NCBI GenBank assembly: GCA_002366595.1
Contig: DFBK01000086.1
Location: 43,813-81,352 of the forward strand
Reading direction: 5' to 3'
DNA: 37,540 nt
DNA from: Anaerolineales bacterium UBA3082
GTDB taxonomy: Bacteria > Chloroflexota > Anaerolineae > UBA7937
The position numbers were made by a program, and so were the translations under genes. The notes below the pieces were generated by a model. It was given only the letters and a program-made list of their open reading frames with translations. It did not search any database and was not told the DNA's origin. This document shows positions 28,925-37,047 of the stretch, one piece after another. Each line of letters begins with the position of its first letter. Within the stretch, counting starts at the first letter, position 1.

Positions 28925-29140
28925 CTAGGCCGGTGGTGCAGCCAGCGGCGTCAAGCCGATGGCCTCGGCATACTTGAGGAAGGTATCCACCCCGGCGACC
29001 ACCACCCTGGCCTCGATGGCCAGTATCTCGATGCCCACCAAGGAGACCCTCGCCCAAGCATCGACTACGATCCCCTTGTCCAAGACCCGGTCGATAACTT
29101 CGACCAGACTCGAGGACGCGATAGTCTTCTCCACTGCCAT
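28925..29140 (-). CDS. gvpA: Major gas vesicle structural protein GvpA (upstream copy)
   Basis: Identical to the downstream copy except WARVSL vs WARISL; 300 nt tandem period. Confidence 0.97.
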   Translation of the reverse strand: MAVEKTIASSSLVEVIDRVLDKGIVVDAWARVSLVGIEILAIEARVVVAGVDTFLKYAEAIGLTPLAAPPA

Positions 29141-29169
29141 TCCGATTCACCTCCTTTCCTAAGAGATTC

Positions 29170-29198
29170 TTTACTTTTGAAGTTAATTGTGGTAAAAT
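29170..29198 (+). promoter_or_regulatory. Putative sigma70 promoter pointing away from gvpA
   Basis: TTTACT-N17-TAAAAT with an extended TG. Confidence 0.45.
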
Positions 29199-29203
29199 AG
29201 TTT

Positions 29204-29366
29204 GGGGGAGAGGGCAATCAGGAAGGCTAAACACACCTCCTGAGTTGCACGCGGTGGCTAATCCACTACCGGTGTGGCAAACGCTGAGCAATGGCTTAGC
29301 CCGATTCTCCCCGGGAGGGCTGATTCTCCTTACAGGATCCCAAGGGACTGTCAGCCCTCTCCTTTT
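29204..29366 (+). ncRNA. Candidate structured sRNA, antisense to the gvpA upstream region
   Basis: GGGGAGA..TTCTCCCC closing stem, three internal hairpins and terminal hairpin GGGAGGGCTGA..TCAGCCCTCTCCTTTT. G-U pairs favour the + strand. Confidence 0.5.
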
Positions 29367-29380
29367 AGTCACTCCTTTCC

Positions 29381-29422
29381 AAGAAGAGAGCCATCTCAAC
29401 CCAAGTTAGGTCAAGATGGCTC
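29381..29422 (-). terminator. Terminator-like hairpin in the gvpA leader
   Basis: GAGCCATCTTGACCTAA-C-TTGGGTTGAGATGGCTC followed by TCTTCTT; G-U pairs favour the minus strand. Confidence 0.6.
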
Positions 29423-29560
29423 CAAACCTCCACAAAATGAATGAACCGAGTAAGGGGTACGCGCATTTAATGACTTACTTGTTGAACTCCGTAGCACGAG
29501 GCTCTCTCCCCCACACTAGAAAATATTGACAAAGAATCCTCTTCGCCGCCAGGCTCTGGG

Positions 29561-29625
29561 CCGTAACCTGGCTACCCTACTCCGTTTCTGAACCTTGGGC
29601 CCGTCGCTCTGCGCCCCTACCTTTC
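29561..29625 (-). ncRNA. Decayed c-di-GMP-I riboswitch aptamer
   Basis: GAAAGGTAGGGGCGCAGAGCGACGGGCCCAAGGTTC..GGTAGCCAGGTTAC aligns with the intact aptamer at 29841-29930 but lacks the GGCAAAC 5' strand. Confidence 0.65.
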
Positions 29626-29670
29626 AGGGCATTCTAGGGCCAATCCTCAAATTCTTCAAAATCCACTATA

Positions 29671-29738
29671 ATCTTATCACCTTCTTGCCGAGGTGTCAAT
29701 GGGTTATCCGTAAATTTCCCGTAAATTTTGCGTAAATT
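29671..29738 (-). promoter_or_regulatory. Sigma70 promoter P2 with three upstream 11-bp-period direct repeats
   Basis: TTGACA(29699-29694)-N17-TAAGAT with an extended TG; CGTAAATT at 29709, 29720 and 29731. Confidence 0.7.
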
Positions 29739-29775
29739 CCATGCCCAGGGAAAGATGACGAGCCGCTGGGGGGAT

Positions 29776-29825
29776 GAAGAAAACGCGCTCTCCGGCAGGT
29801 AGCCTTCACTTGGAAGAGCGCGTTT
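29776..29825 (-). terminator. Terminator-like expression platform of the c-di-GMP riboswitch
   Basis: AAACGCGCTCT...AGAGCGCGTTTTCTT. Confidence 0.55.
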
Positions 29826-29840
29826 CAATACGCCATTCTT

Positions 29841-29930
29841 CGGCGGCAACCCGGCTACCGTAGTCCACTTTTGAACCTTAGGCCCGTGGCTTTGCGCCCC
29901 CATCTTTCGATGGGTTTGCCTTTATCACCG
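29841..29930 (-). ncRNA. c-di-GMP-I (GEMM) riboswitch upstream of the gvpA operon
   Basis: GGCAAACCCATCGAAAGATGGGGGCGCAAAGCCACGGGCCTAAGG...GGTAGCCGGGTTGCCG: GAAA tetraloop, receptor and G at the G20-equivalent position. Confidence 0.93.
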
Positions 29931-29982
29931 AGATGTAATCTATTATTTTTATCGAGTTGTTTATTTTATCAGTTTTGTTGAT

Positions 29983-30012
29983 AATATAGCACTTAATAGG
30001 ATCGTGCGTCAA
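29983..30012 (-). promoter_or_regulatory. Sigma70 promoter P1 driving the riboswitch leader
   Basis: TTGACG-N18-TATATT with an extended TG; one CGTAAATT copy upstream at 30034. Confidence 0.55.
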
Positions 30013-30068
30013 TAGTATAAAGGTACTCTTTTGCGTAAATTTTGGCCCTATGGCAGAATCGGTTATCC

Positions 30069-30106
30069 AAAAAATGAGCAACCCCGTCGCAAAGACGGGG
30101 TTGCCC
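30069..30106 (-). terminator. Intrinsic terminator (sRNA and/or cdc48 unit)
   Basis: GGGCAACCCCGTC-TTTGC-GACGGGGTTGCTC-ATTTTTT. Confidence 0.85.
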
Positions 30107-30276
30107 CCTCAGACCCTCGAAAAGACCTTCCTGGCGAGAGTCGCCATCGCTGGGGTAGACACCTTCCTCCAGGAAATAGACCACTCAGCACCAGCGCTGT
30201 CTCATCGACTTCCGATGAAACGCTTTAGGTCTCGAGGGTCTGACTCTCGCGGGTGAACGGAGTTATCTCCCCACCC
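30069..30276 (-). ncRNA. Candidate trans-acting sRNA with a segment complementary to gvpA mRNA
   Basis: Promoter at 30282-30310, intrinsic terminator at 30069-30106, long closing stem 30110-30128/30227-30242, and 34/37 nt complementarity to gvpA 28676-28712. Confidence 0.65.
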
Positions 30277-30281
30277 TCTAT

Positions 30282-30310
30282 ATTATACCATAGCCTCATC
30301 CCTATGTCTA
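30282..30310 (-). promoter_or_regulatory. Sigma70 promoter overlapping the cdc48 stop codon
   Basis: TAGACA-N17-TATAAT with an extended TG. Confidence 0.7.
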
Positions 30311-32476
30311 ACCCTTCGTCAATCGCTCAGTCGACGCCAATTCCTCGACCATTTCCATGGCCTGGCGGAAATGTCGCATGCTAATCTGAAAACTCTCATA
30401 CGACCCAGAATCGACCTGGCCATTGAGAAACTCTCGAATGGCTAGCATCGAGGCCTGGCGACAAATCGATTCGATCTCCGCTCCCACTGAGCCCTCGGTC
30501 ATATCCGTCAGGATCCCCAGGTCAACATCGGAAGCCAGGGGCTTGCCCTTGGTATGGATCTTGAAGATCGCCTCACGGACCTCATGGTCAGGGAGGGGCA
30601 ATTCGAGCAGCACATCGAATCTACCGGGACGTAATAAGGCCGGATCGACGATGTCCAAACGGTTGGTGGCGGCCAGGACGATTACCCCTTTTAGTTCCTC
30701 AATACCATCCATCTCCGTCAAAAACTGGCTGACCACCCGCTGGCTGACGTGGGTGCTATCGCCCGAGCTTCGCACCGGAGCCAGGGCATCTATCTCATCG
30801 AAGAAGATGATACAAGGCGCTGCTTGCCGGGCCTTCTTGAACACCTCACGCACCCCCTTTTCGCTCTCCCCCATCCACTTGGACATGAGCGCCGGGCCCT
30901 TGACGGAGATGAAATTTACTTCGCTTTCGTTGGCCACCCCTTTGGCCAAAAGCGTCTTACCAGTGCCCGGCGGGCCGTACAGAAGTATCCCTTTAGGGGG
31001 CGTGGTCTTGGCTTGTGCGAAGAGCTCAGGGTACCTGAGGGGCCACTCAACAGTTTCCATCAGTATCTCCTTGGCCTCCTCCAAGCCTCCAATGTCCTCC
31101 CATCTGATATCGGGAACCTCGGTGAAGACCTCGCGGATGGCCGAGGGTTCGACCTCCCCTAGAGCGGTCAGGAAGTTGTCCATGGTCACCTCTAATTCCA
31201 GCAGCCGCTCGTAGGGGATGTGAGCCTGAGCGAAGTCGATGTCCGGCATCAGTTGACGTAAGGTGATCATGGCCGCTTCACGGCACAAGGCTTCCAGGTC
31301 AGCTCCCACGAAGCCATGGGTGATCTCAGCCAGTCTTTCCAAATCCACATCGTCAGCCAGGGGCATTCCTCTAGTGTGTATCTCCAATATCTCTAGACGG
31401 CCATTCTTGTCCGGGATGCTGATGCTGATCTCCCGGTCGAAACGTCCCGGACGACGTAAAGCAGGGTCCAAAGAGTTCGGGATGTTGGTGGCCCCGATGA
31501 CTATCACTTCGCCTCGGGACTTCAAGCCATCCATCAGGGCTAACAGTTGGGCCACCACCCGTTTCTCCACCTCGCCATGTACTTCCTCCCGCTTGGGAGC
31601 GATAGCGTCGATCTCATCTAGGAAGATGATGCCTGGCGCATTTCGGCTCGCTTGCTCGAAGATCTCCCGCAGGTGCGCCTCGCTCTCACCGTAGAACTTG
31701 TGGATGATCTCCGGGCCGTTGACGGGAAAGAAACTCGCAGATGTTTCGGAGGCCACGGCACGGGCGATAAGGGTCTTGCCGCAGCCCGGAGGGCCATGTA
31801 GCAAGACGCCCTTTGGCGCCTCGATGCCCAACCGATCGAAGACCTCAGGGTATTTCAATGGCAACTCGATCATCTCTCGGATGCGTTGAATCTCCTTCTC
31901 CAGTCCCCCGATATCCTCATAGGAGACCTTCAGCCCCCGATCCCTCTCCGCCCCTTCCCCCTCGATCTTGGTGATCGTGGTTGCTGCCACCATAACCACA
32001 CCCTCAGGGGAGATGCCGGTCACGGTGAAATCCACAGAGCGGGTGCCGAACAGGTTGACGCGAACTCGATCCCCCTCAGTGGTAACTAACCCTTCGAGCA
32101 GCCTTCCAACGTAGCGGCTATCCGACCCTCGGGGCGGAGTCCGCCTCGAGTTAAGAGGGGCCAAGGTGATCCGCTTGGCTATCTGGTGGTCAACCTTGTG
32201 AATACGGACCTTTTCGTCTAGGCTCGCCTGAGCGTTCTCTCGAATTATGCCGTCGATCTGGACGATGCCTTTTCCCCGATCGGCGTGATAGGCAGGCATG
32301 ATCTTGGCTACGGTCGTTCTCTTCCCGGCGATGGCGACGATATCGCCGATCGCCGCCCCGATCCTCTCGAAATCCTGGGGATCGAGGCGGGCAATGCCCC
32401 TTCCCACATCCTTGCTCTGCCCCTCTGCGACCCGCAAAGTCAGAACCCCCTCTTCTTTTCTATTCTTCTTAGTCAT
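30308..32476 (-). CDS. CDC48/VCP/VAT-family AAA+ ATPase (archaeal type)
   Basis: CDC48 N-domain ([10 protein letters not shown]); two AAA modules GPPGCGKT and GPPGTGKT; DEID; ALRRPGRFD and ALLRPGRFD. Confidence 0.95.
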   Translation of the reverse strand: MTKKNRKEEGVLTLRVAEGQSKDVGRGIARLDPQDFERIGAAIGDIVAIAGKRTTVAKIMPAYHADRGKGIVQIDGIIRENAQASLDEKVRIHKVDHQIAKRITLAPLNSRRTPPRGSDSRYVGRLLEGLVTTEGDRVRVNLFGTRSVDFTVTGISPEGVVMVAATTITKIEGEGAERDRGLKVSYEDIGGLEKEIQRIREMIELPLKYPEVFDRLGIEAPKGVLLHGPPGCGKTLIARAVASETSASFFPVNGPEIIHKFYGESEAHLREIFEQASRNAPGIIFLDEIDAIAPKREEVHGEVEKRVVAQLLALMDGLKSRGEVIVIGATNIPNSLDPALRRPGRFDREISISIPDKNGRLEILEIHTRGMPLADDVDLERLAEITHGFVGADLEALCREAAMITLRQLMPDIDFAQAHIPYERLLELEVTMDNFLTALGEVEPSAIREVFTEVPDIRWEDIGGLEEAKEILMETVEWPLRYPELFAQAKTTPPKGILLYGPPGTGKTLLAKGVANESEVNFISVKGPALMSKWMGESEKGVREVFKKARQAAPCIIFFDEIDALAPVRSSGDSTHVSQRVVSQFLTEMDGIEELKGVIVLAATNRLDIVDPALLRPGRFDVLLELPLPDHEVREAIFKIHTKGKPLASDVDLGILTDMTEGSVGAEIESICRQASMLAIREFLNGQVDSGSYESFQISMRHFRQAMEMVEELASTERLTKG

Positions 32477-32567
32477 AGAAACCTCCCTCGCATCCTGTGA
32501 TCTGCATCATCTACAATACTCGCACCTCTCACCCATCTTTGAGGCATCGATGAACAAGAAAAAGAGA

Positions 32568-33239
32568 TCACTCCACAGGAGCCATCAGATATCTGGTCAG
32601 TTCCTCCACCCTCTCTTGTTTCCCTCTGAGAAGGAAACTCCTTTGATACTCCTCCACCTTCTCCTTGGCCTTGACCTCCTCCACGACGATATCGCTGGCC
32701 AGTTCAGGGATCACATTGTGGAAGGCGCCGATAAAGAGGATGCCCTTGCGCTTCAGGCTATCGTTGATGGTCTTGGCTATGAACTCGTCTCTCTCCTCAA
32801 GTAGCCTCTTCTTGGCCAGTTCATACTTCAGGGCTGCGAACAATCGCCCCGGGACTGACTTGGATTGGGCCATCTTCTTGATGAGTTCCACCTCCTTGAG
32901 GACCGTGGAGATATCCTCGGTCTTCACTATTTTCGCCCCCCTGGCCATGAATCTCTCCACTATTTGGTAGTTCCGGCTGCCCTTTCTGGCCGCCTCTTTT
33001 ACGATCCTCTGGCCCAAGGAGCCATCGGCTGCTAGGCCATCCTGGTAAATCTGGAAATCAGTGACATCGAGGGAGTCCATATAACTCTCTATGGAATCCC
33101 AGAATCCGGAGATGGTTCGCTTGTGTTCCTCCCATCTCTCTTCCCCGTGCATGGCCACACCCTTCTCATCCACACTCGAAGCCACGCTGCCCAGGTCTGC
33201 ACTGCCATGGATCAAGGGAACGTAGAGAAGTTTTCTCAT
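32568..33239 (-). CDS. Conserved-looking hypothetical protein of the gvp-associated unit
   Basis: Long operon-consistent ORF with motif-like YVPLIH..DLGS, YQDGL, ERDEFIA and GILFIGAFHNV. Confidence 0.75.
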   Translation of the reverse strand: MRKLLYVPLIHGSADLGSVASSVDEKGVAMHGEERWEEHKRTISGFWDSIESYMDSLDVTDFQIYQDGLAADGSLGQRIVKEAARKGSRNYQIVERFMARGAKIVKTEDISTVLKEVELIKKMAQSKSVPGRLFAALKYELAKKRLLEERDEFIAKTINDSLKRKGILFIGAFHNVIPELASDIVVEEVKAKEKVEEYQRSFLLRGKQERVEELTRYLMAPVE

Positions 33240-33302
33240 ACCCTTACACCTAGAGAAGTGAGAACTACCCCGACGTTTATAGCCCCCCTTTTCCCGTTCG
33301 AT

Positions 33303-33842
33303 CTAGTCACCTTTCGCCTTGTTGACCCGCAGTTCCAGGATCCCATTCTTGTGGCTAGTGGTCACTGTCGCCGGGTCGACGAGATGAGGGAGCAATATCT
33401 CCTTGACGTATTTCCTCCCCCCCTTGGTGGAGAGAGAAAGGACGTCACCCTGAACATCGACCTCTATCTCCTCCTCGTCTACCCCGGGCAATTCCACCAC
33501 CACGAGGATGACTTCCCCCTCATCGAAAATATCGACTAAGGGTTCTCGCGTCTCAGTAACTATAGGCCCTCTCTCCGTCTCTCGAATGTTGCCGAAAGAC
33601 TCAACGCGAGGAACCCCGCCCAGGCCAGTTTTCACCGTGAACCCATAGACCCCTCGAGCCTTCTCCAAGCCCTTGATCTTGAATTCTCCCTGGCGGGTGA
33701 CCTCAGATTCCCCCTCCTCGACCATTTCGGATAACAGGTCGATAAAGTTGCCTAGTCCCTTGAAGAGACCACCACGGCCTAGATCGATGCTGATGCCACT
33801 CTCGGATATTCTTTTTCCCCTCTTCTTTCTTTCGCCAGCCAC
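33303..33842 (-). CDS. Hsp20/alpha-crystallin protein (GvpH-like), paralog of 25280-25846
   Basis: GGLFKGLG, GVYGFTV, FGNIR..REPLVDIFDE, ELPGV, KNGILEL. Confidence 0.88.
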   Translation of the reverse strand: MAGERKKRGKRISESGISIDLGRGGLFKGLGNFIDLLSEMVEEGESEVTRQGEFKIKGLEKARGVYGFTVKTGLGGVPRVESFGNIRETERGPIVTETREPLVDIFDEGEVILVVVELPGVDEEEIEVDVQGDVLSLSTKGGRKYVKEILLPHLVDPATVTTSHKNGILELRVNKAKGD

Positions 33843-33883
33843 CTTTCACCTCCTTTTAGTTGCTTCCCGCTGACAGTGATACT

Positions 33884-34669
33884 TCATGACTTTGGTCCTT
33901 TAGACTTGGCGCGCTGCAGATACTCCTCAAGGGTAGAAATGGACACCCCTATTTCCACTCTGGTCATGGCTTTCCACCAACGTTTACGAGCCTCTTCGTA
34001 TTGCTCTGGATTATCCTGCCATTCCCGAAACTGGGCGAAGACCCTTTCTAGACCTTCCCCCGCCTCCTCCCACTGGCCATCAAAGGAGAGGGAACCGATC
34101 TCTCCTGCCACTACCTTCTCCCCGCCACCAAAGGCAGAGAGAGCCACGTCGCGCTCGAAATCGGTGCCCTGCCCACTGCTCACCCCAGAGACCAAATAGC
34201 CAACAACATCGCCGAAAGCCATGGCAAATCGCCCTTCCAAACCTAGTCTATATCCAGCGTTTACGGCCAGAAAGGTCACCAAACGCAATATGGCATCGCT
34301 GTTGTTGACCCGTGCGGGACTTCTGTTCTCCTTGAGACGGGAAAGAACCGCGAGGGCGTCTTGGTAGGAGAGAGGCGGTTTGTCGTACCAATGGCGAGGG
34401 GGCAGAAGTGCGACGTTGAAATCGCTCAGGTCGAAATCCCCGATCTCCCCAACCCTCTGCAAGCCAAGCCTCAACTGCTGCCACAGCTTGGCAAAGAGCG
34501 CCAGAGCGACACCAACGTTAGGCCGTAGAACGATCTCCGGTCTGACCCCATCCCTCACCAACACTTCACACTCAATACCCTCCAGAACTTGCAACTCCAC
34601 CGGCAACGTGATCTCCACACTGCCAGTGGTCCGACCGGCTGAACGGATCCTCCGCCTGTCTAAAACCAT
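33884..34669 (-). CDS. Hypothetical protein with an AbrB/MazE-like N-terminal DNA-binding region
   Basis: RRIRSAGRTTGSVEITLPVELQ resembles a swapped-hairpin motif; GGAGG RBS. Confidence 0.65.
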   Translation of the reverse strand: MVLDRRRIRSAGRTTGSVEITLPVELQVLEGIECEVLVRDGVRPEIVLRPNVGVALALFAKLWQQLRLGLQRVGEIGDFDLSDFNVALLPPRHWYDKPPLSYQDALAVLSRLKENRSPARVNNSDAILRLVTFLAVNAGYRLGLEGRFAMAFGDVVGYLVSGVSSGQGTDFERDVALSAFGGGEKVVAGEIGSLSFDGQWEEAGEGLERVFAQFREWQDNPEQYEEARKRWWKAMTRVEIGVSISTLEEYLQRAKSKGPKS

Positions 34670-34691
34670 CCTCGCCGCCTCCCCTGGAATC

Positions 34692-34752
34692 TAGCAATGC
34701 CTATAGCAGATTGTCTAGCATAGAATATAGCACAAAATGGCAACTTTGTCAA
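34692..34752 (-). promoter_or_regulatory. Sigma70 promoter overlapped by four 12-bp-period TAGCA repeats
   Basis: TTGACA(34752-34747)-N17-TATATT; TAGCA at 34692, 34704, 34716 and 34728. Confidence 0.7.
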
Positions 34753-34859
34753 GCCGTTGAATCTTGGCATGGGGATGACCACCCCAGCATCTCTAGTATG
34801 AAGGAGTTTGTGATATAATAACCACGGGGATTGGTCGCACATCGCGCTTATGGAGACCG

Positions 34860-36005
34860 ATGGATAACTCTCTAGACTACTATGAAATTCTCCAAGTGCA
34901 TCCCCAGGCTGAGGCGGAGGTTATTGAGGGGGCCTACAGGCGGCTGGCACGGAAATATCATCCCGACCTAAACAAGGACCCGAAGTCGGCGGAGAGGATG
35001 AAGGAGATAAACGCCGCCTACGAGGTCCTGAGCGACCCGCAGAAGCGAGCGGCCTACGATGATTCTCAGGCTGCTCGTCTTCGCTCCGCTTCTCAGGCTG
35101 AGCCCTCGCCTAGTCCTATCCTAGAGGTCATTCCCACATCGCTAGACTTCGGCTCCCTTCAGGCAGGACAAAGCAGAACATTGACGCTCTATCTCAAAAA
35201 CGCGGGGCAGGGGACACTGGAGGCTGCCGTTCGAAGAAGTTGCTCTTGGCTGAGAACAGAGATCTCGGCAATGGGGAGAAATCAAACCATCGTCCAGATA
35301 ACCGCCGAAACGAAAAGGCTAGCAGCCAACCAACTTCACCAAGCCTCCATTGAGATGGGCTCCGCTGGCGGTAGCGTATCCGTACCGGTAAGGGTATGGG
35401 TGACGGCTCCAGCGGAGATCGATAGGGGGGCAGTACTTCTCAGAAGGGGAGAGGCAGTCATTGTTCTGGCAACTATCATTCTAGCGGGATTTGCACTCTT
35501 GTCGCGGATAGGGGAGAAAATCAATCCTGTGCCATGGGAATCGGTTACCCCGATATCAAGACCACCAACCAATGTGTCGCTCACGCCAAGAACGACAGAT
35601 TCAAAGAGGATCTACATCGTGAAAAGCGGCGATACCCTTTCGGAAATCGCTGCTCGGCACGGTATCTCCGGGGAAGCCCTTGCCGAAGCCAATAACATCG
35701 GCGATAAGGATATCATCCCTGTGGGACAGAGGTTGATTGTACCGGACACCAGATCTTTGACCCTTCAAAGGGATGTGCTTGTCATCTTCCTGGCGCTGGC
35801 CGCTCTCATCGCCATCCTCTACTCTCCTGCGGGAAGAGAGATCCTTAAATACGGCGATGGACGTCTCGTCTTTTCGCTAGCCAGCAGGAAACTAGGCATT
35901 GAGCGCCAAGCGAAGGGCCGTGGGCTAACGATCTGGTTCAGATCCGGCGATGAAAAAGGTTGGGAGTGGAGCGTAAGACGGTGTCCCCCTCACCAAGGAG
36001 GCTAA
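34860..36005 (+). CDS. Membrane protein: J-domain, Ig-like/BACON-like domain, TM, LysM, TM
   Basis: [30 protein letters not shown]; PTSLDFG..WL; [21 protein letters not shown]. Confidence 0.85.
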   Translation: MDNSLDYYEILQVHPQAEAEVIEGAYRRLARKYHPDLNKDPKSAERMKEINAAYEVLSDPQKRAAYDDSQAARLRSASQAEPSPSPILEVIPTSLDFGSLQAGQSRTLTLYLKNAGQGTLEAAVRRSCSWLRTEISAMGRNQTIVQITAETKRLAANQLHQASIEMGSAGGSVSVPVRVWVTAPAEIDRGAVLLRRGEAVIVLATIILAGFALLSRIGEKINPVPWESVTPISRPPTNVSLTPRTTDSKRIYIVKSGDTLSEIAARHGISGEALAEANNIGDKDIIPVGQRLIVPDTRSLTLQRDVLVIFLALAALIAILYSPAGREILKYGDGRLVFSLASRKLGIERQAKGRGLTIWFRSGDEKGWEWSVRRCPPHQGG

Positions 36006-36092
36006 GAACTCACCCAGCCCCGCTATCACTGCAATCTGTCCCCCGCCGATCCTTGCTCTAATTCCTCCAGGATAGACACTTCATCTGGTTAC

Positions 36093-36737
36093 CTATCCCT
36101 TCTTCTTGTCAAAGTGCAAGATCAGAGCGCCGTTATTGAACACCCAATTAAGGCTCTCTTCGACAACCTCCGGCGGAAGGGCGAACTCGATCTGATAGCG
36201 AGGAGGAGCATCCTCTTTCAGACTTCGGATTGCCAAAATGCCATCCTCGGTCTCCACCGCGATCTCCTGATCCCGATGATATGGAAAATCGATAATCAGT
36301 TGATAATCAGGGTTGCCGTCAATTATCTCCCATTTCGGGTCCTTGGGATATAAGGAAGGCTCTCCAATCGTCCCCCGTTCGTATTCCCTCCTTCCTACAG
36401 CATGGTCAGATTCTTTGGCTGACCATGCTTTGCCCCTCCTGGTACTTGCCAGGGAACGCTGAAGGATTAAACCATATCCCACTTCACCCCTCACCCTGGC
36501 CACTTCCTCTCTCGACCTCTGGTTCCCTCCCCGGCCCCTGGCCCAAGTCGTACCAGGACGGGCTGGCAAGTACCGGGGCAGGCGAGGTATGGAAGAGACG
36601 CTTCTGCGGGGGGCGAGTGTGGCGCGGGCTGAGTTGGGGACGAAGAAATATCCCCCGCAGGAGGGGCACCGGCTCCTCTTATTGACCTGGGCTCTGACAA
36701 CAGAAAGACAATGAGGACATCTTACCACCCTTGTCAT
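36093..36737 (-). CDS. Zinc-ribbon + Hsp20-domain protein
   Basis: CPHC..CPSCG at the N-terminus; C-terminal LIIDFP..EFALPPEV..FNNGALILHFDK. Confidence 0.7.
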   Translation of the reverse strand: MTRVVRCPHCLSVVRAQVNKRSRCPSCGGYFFVPNSARATLAPRRSVSSIPRLPRYLPARPGTTWARGRGGNQRSREEVARVRGEVGYGLILQRSLASTRRGKAWSAKESDHAVGRREYERGTIGEPSLYPKDPKWEIIDGNPDYQLIIDFPYHRDQEIAVETEDGILAIRSLKEDAPPRYQIEFALPPEVVEESLNWVFNNGALILHFDKKKG

Positions 36738-36871
36738 TTCCTTCCTCTCCTTTCTGCTCCTTTTGCCAGACTTGAAATCCGATACAGTTTTTGCCCTGAA
36801 AGTGTTCTAATTTCCTGGGCTACTACAGCACCAGCCATGGCAGGCATCCAAATTTCCGAGATCACCTGCCC

Positions 36872-36971
36872 TTGACCTCTTGATGATTTTGAGGTATAAT
36901 AGAAAATAGCCGATTGGGTTTCCCAATCTAGGCAGGGCACCGTGAAAGCTTGGCGGCCTGAGCGGTGCCCT
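36872..36971 (+). repeat. Promoter + double-hairpin unit, copy 1 (copy 2 at 37327-37420)
   Basis: TTGACC-N17-TATAAT, then TTGGGTTTCCCAA and GGGCACCGTGAAAGCTTGGCGGCCTGAGCGGTGCCC. Confidence 0.75.
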
Positions 36972-37047
36972 TATTGTTTATGAGAAGACGCTGGCCTTTT
37001 TCTTAGATCAACTCCACTGTCTCTAGATGGTGAAGATCATGGAAGAG

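Noticed and set aside
29225-29350. Possible c-di-AMP (ydaO) riboswitch on the minus strand (GATCCTGTAAGG, GGGGAGAATC, AACTCAGGAGG)
   Set aside because: Only scattered word matches; the GGGGAACC and CCCGNCAGCU core elements are missing and G-U pairs favour the + strand. An Infernal scan would settle it.
28548-29399. Alternative-frame ORFs overlapping gvpA (28548-28895, 28687-28908, 28905-29399)
   Set aside because: They are out-of-frame readings of the duplicated gvpA genes and the RNA-structured leader.
30050-30256. + strand 68 aa ORF containing GvpA-like LARVAIAGVDTFL
   Set aside because: Similarity is limited to ~12 codons and there is no clear RBS. Promoter, terminator and G-U pairing all point to a minus-strand RNA.
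34691-34720. CIRCE/HrcA operator
   Set aside because: It does not match TTAGCACTC-N9-GAGTGCTAA and is better explained as direct repeats.
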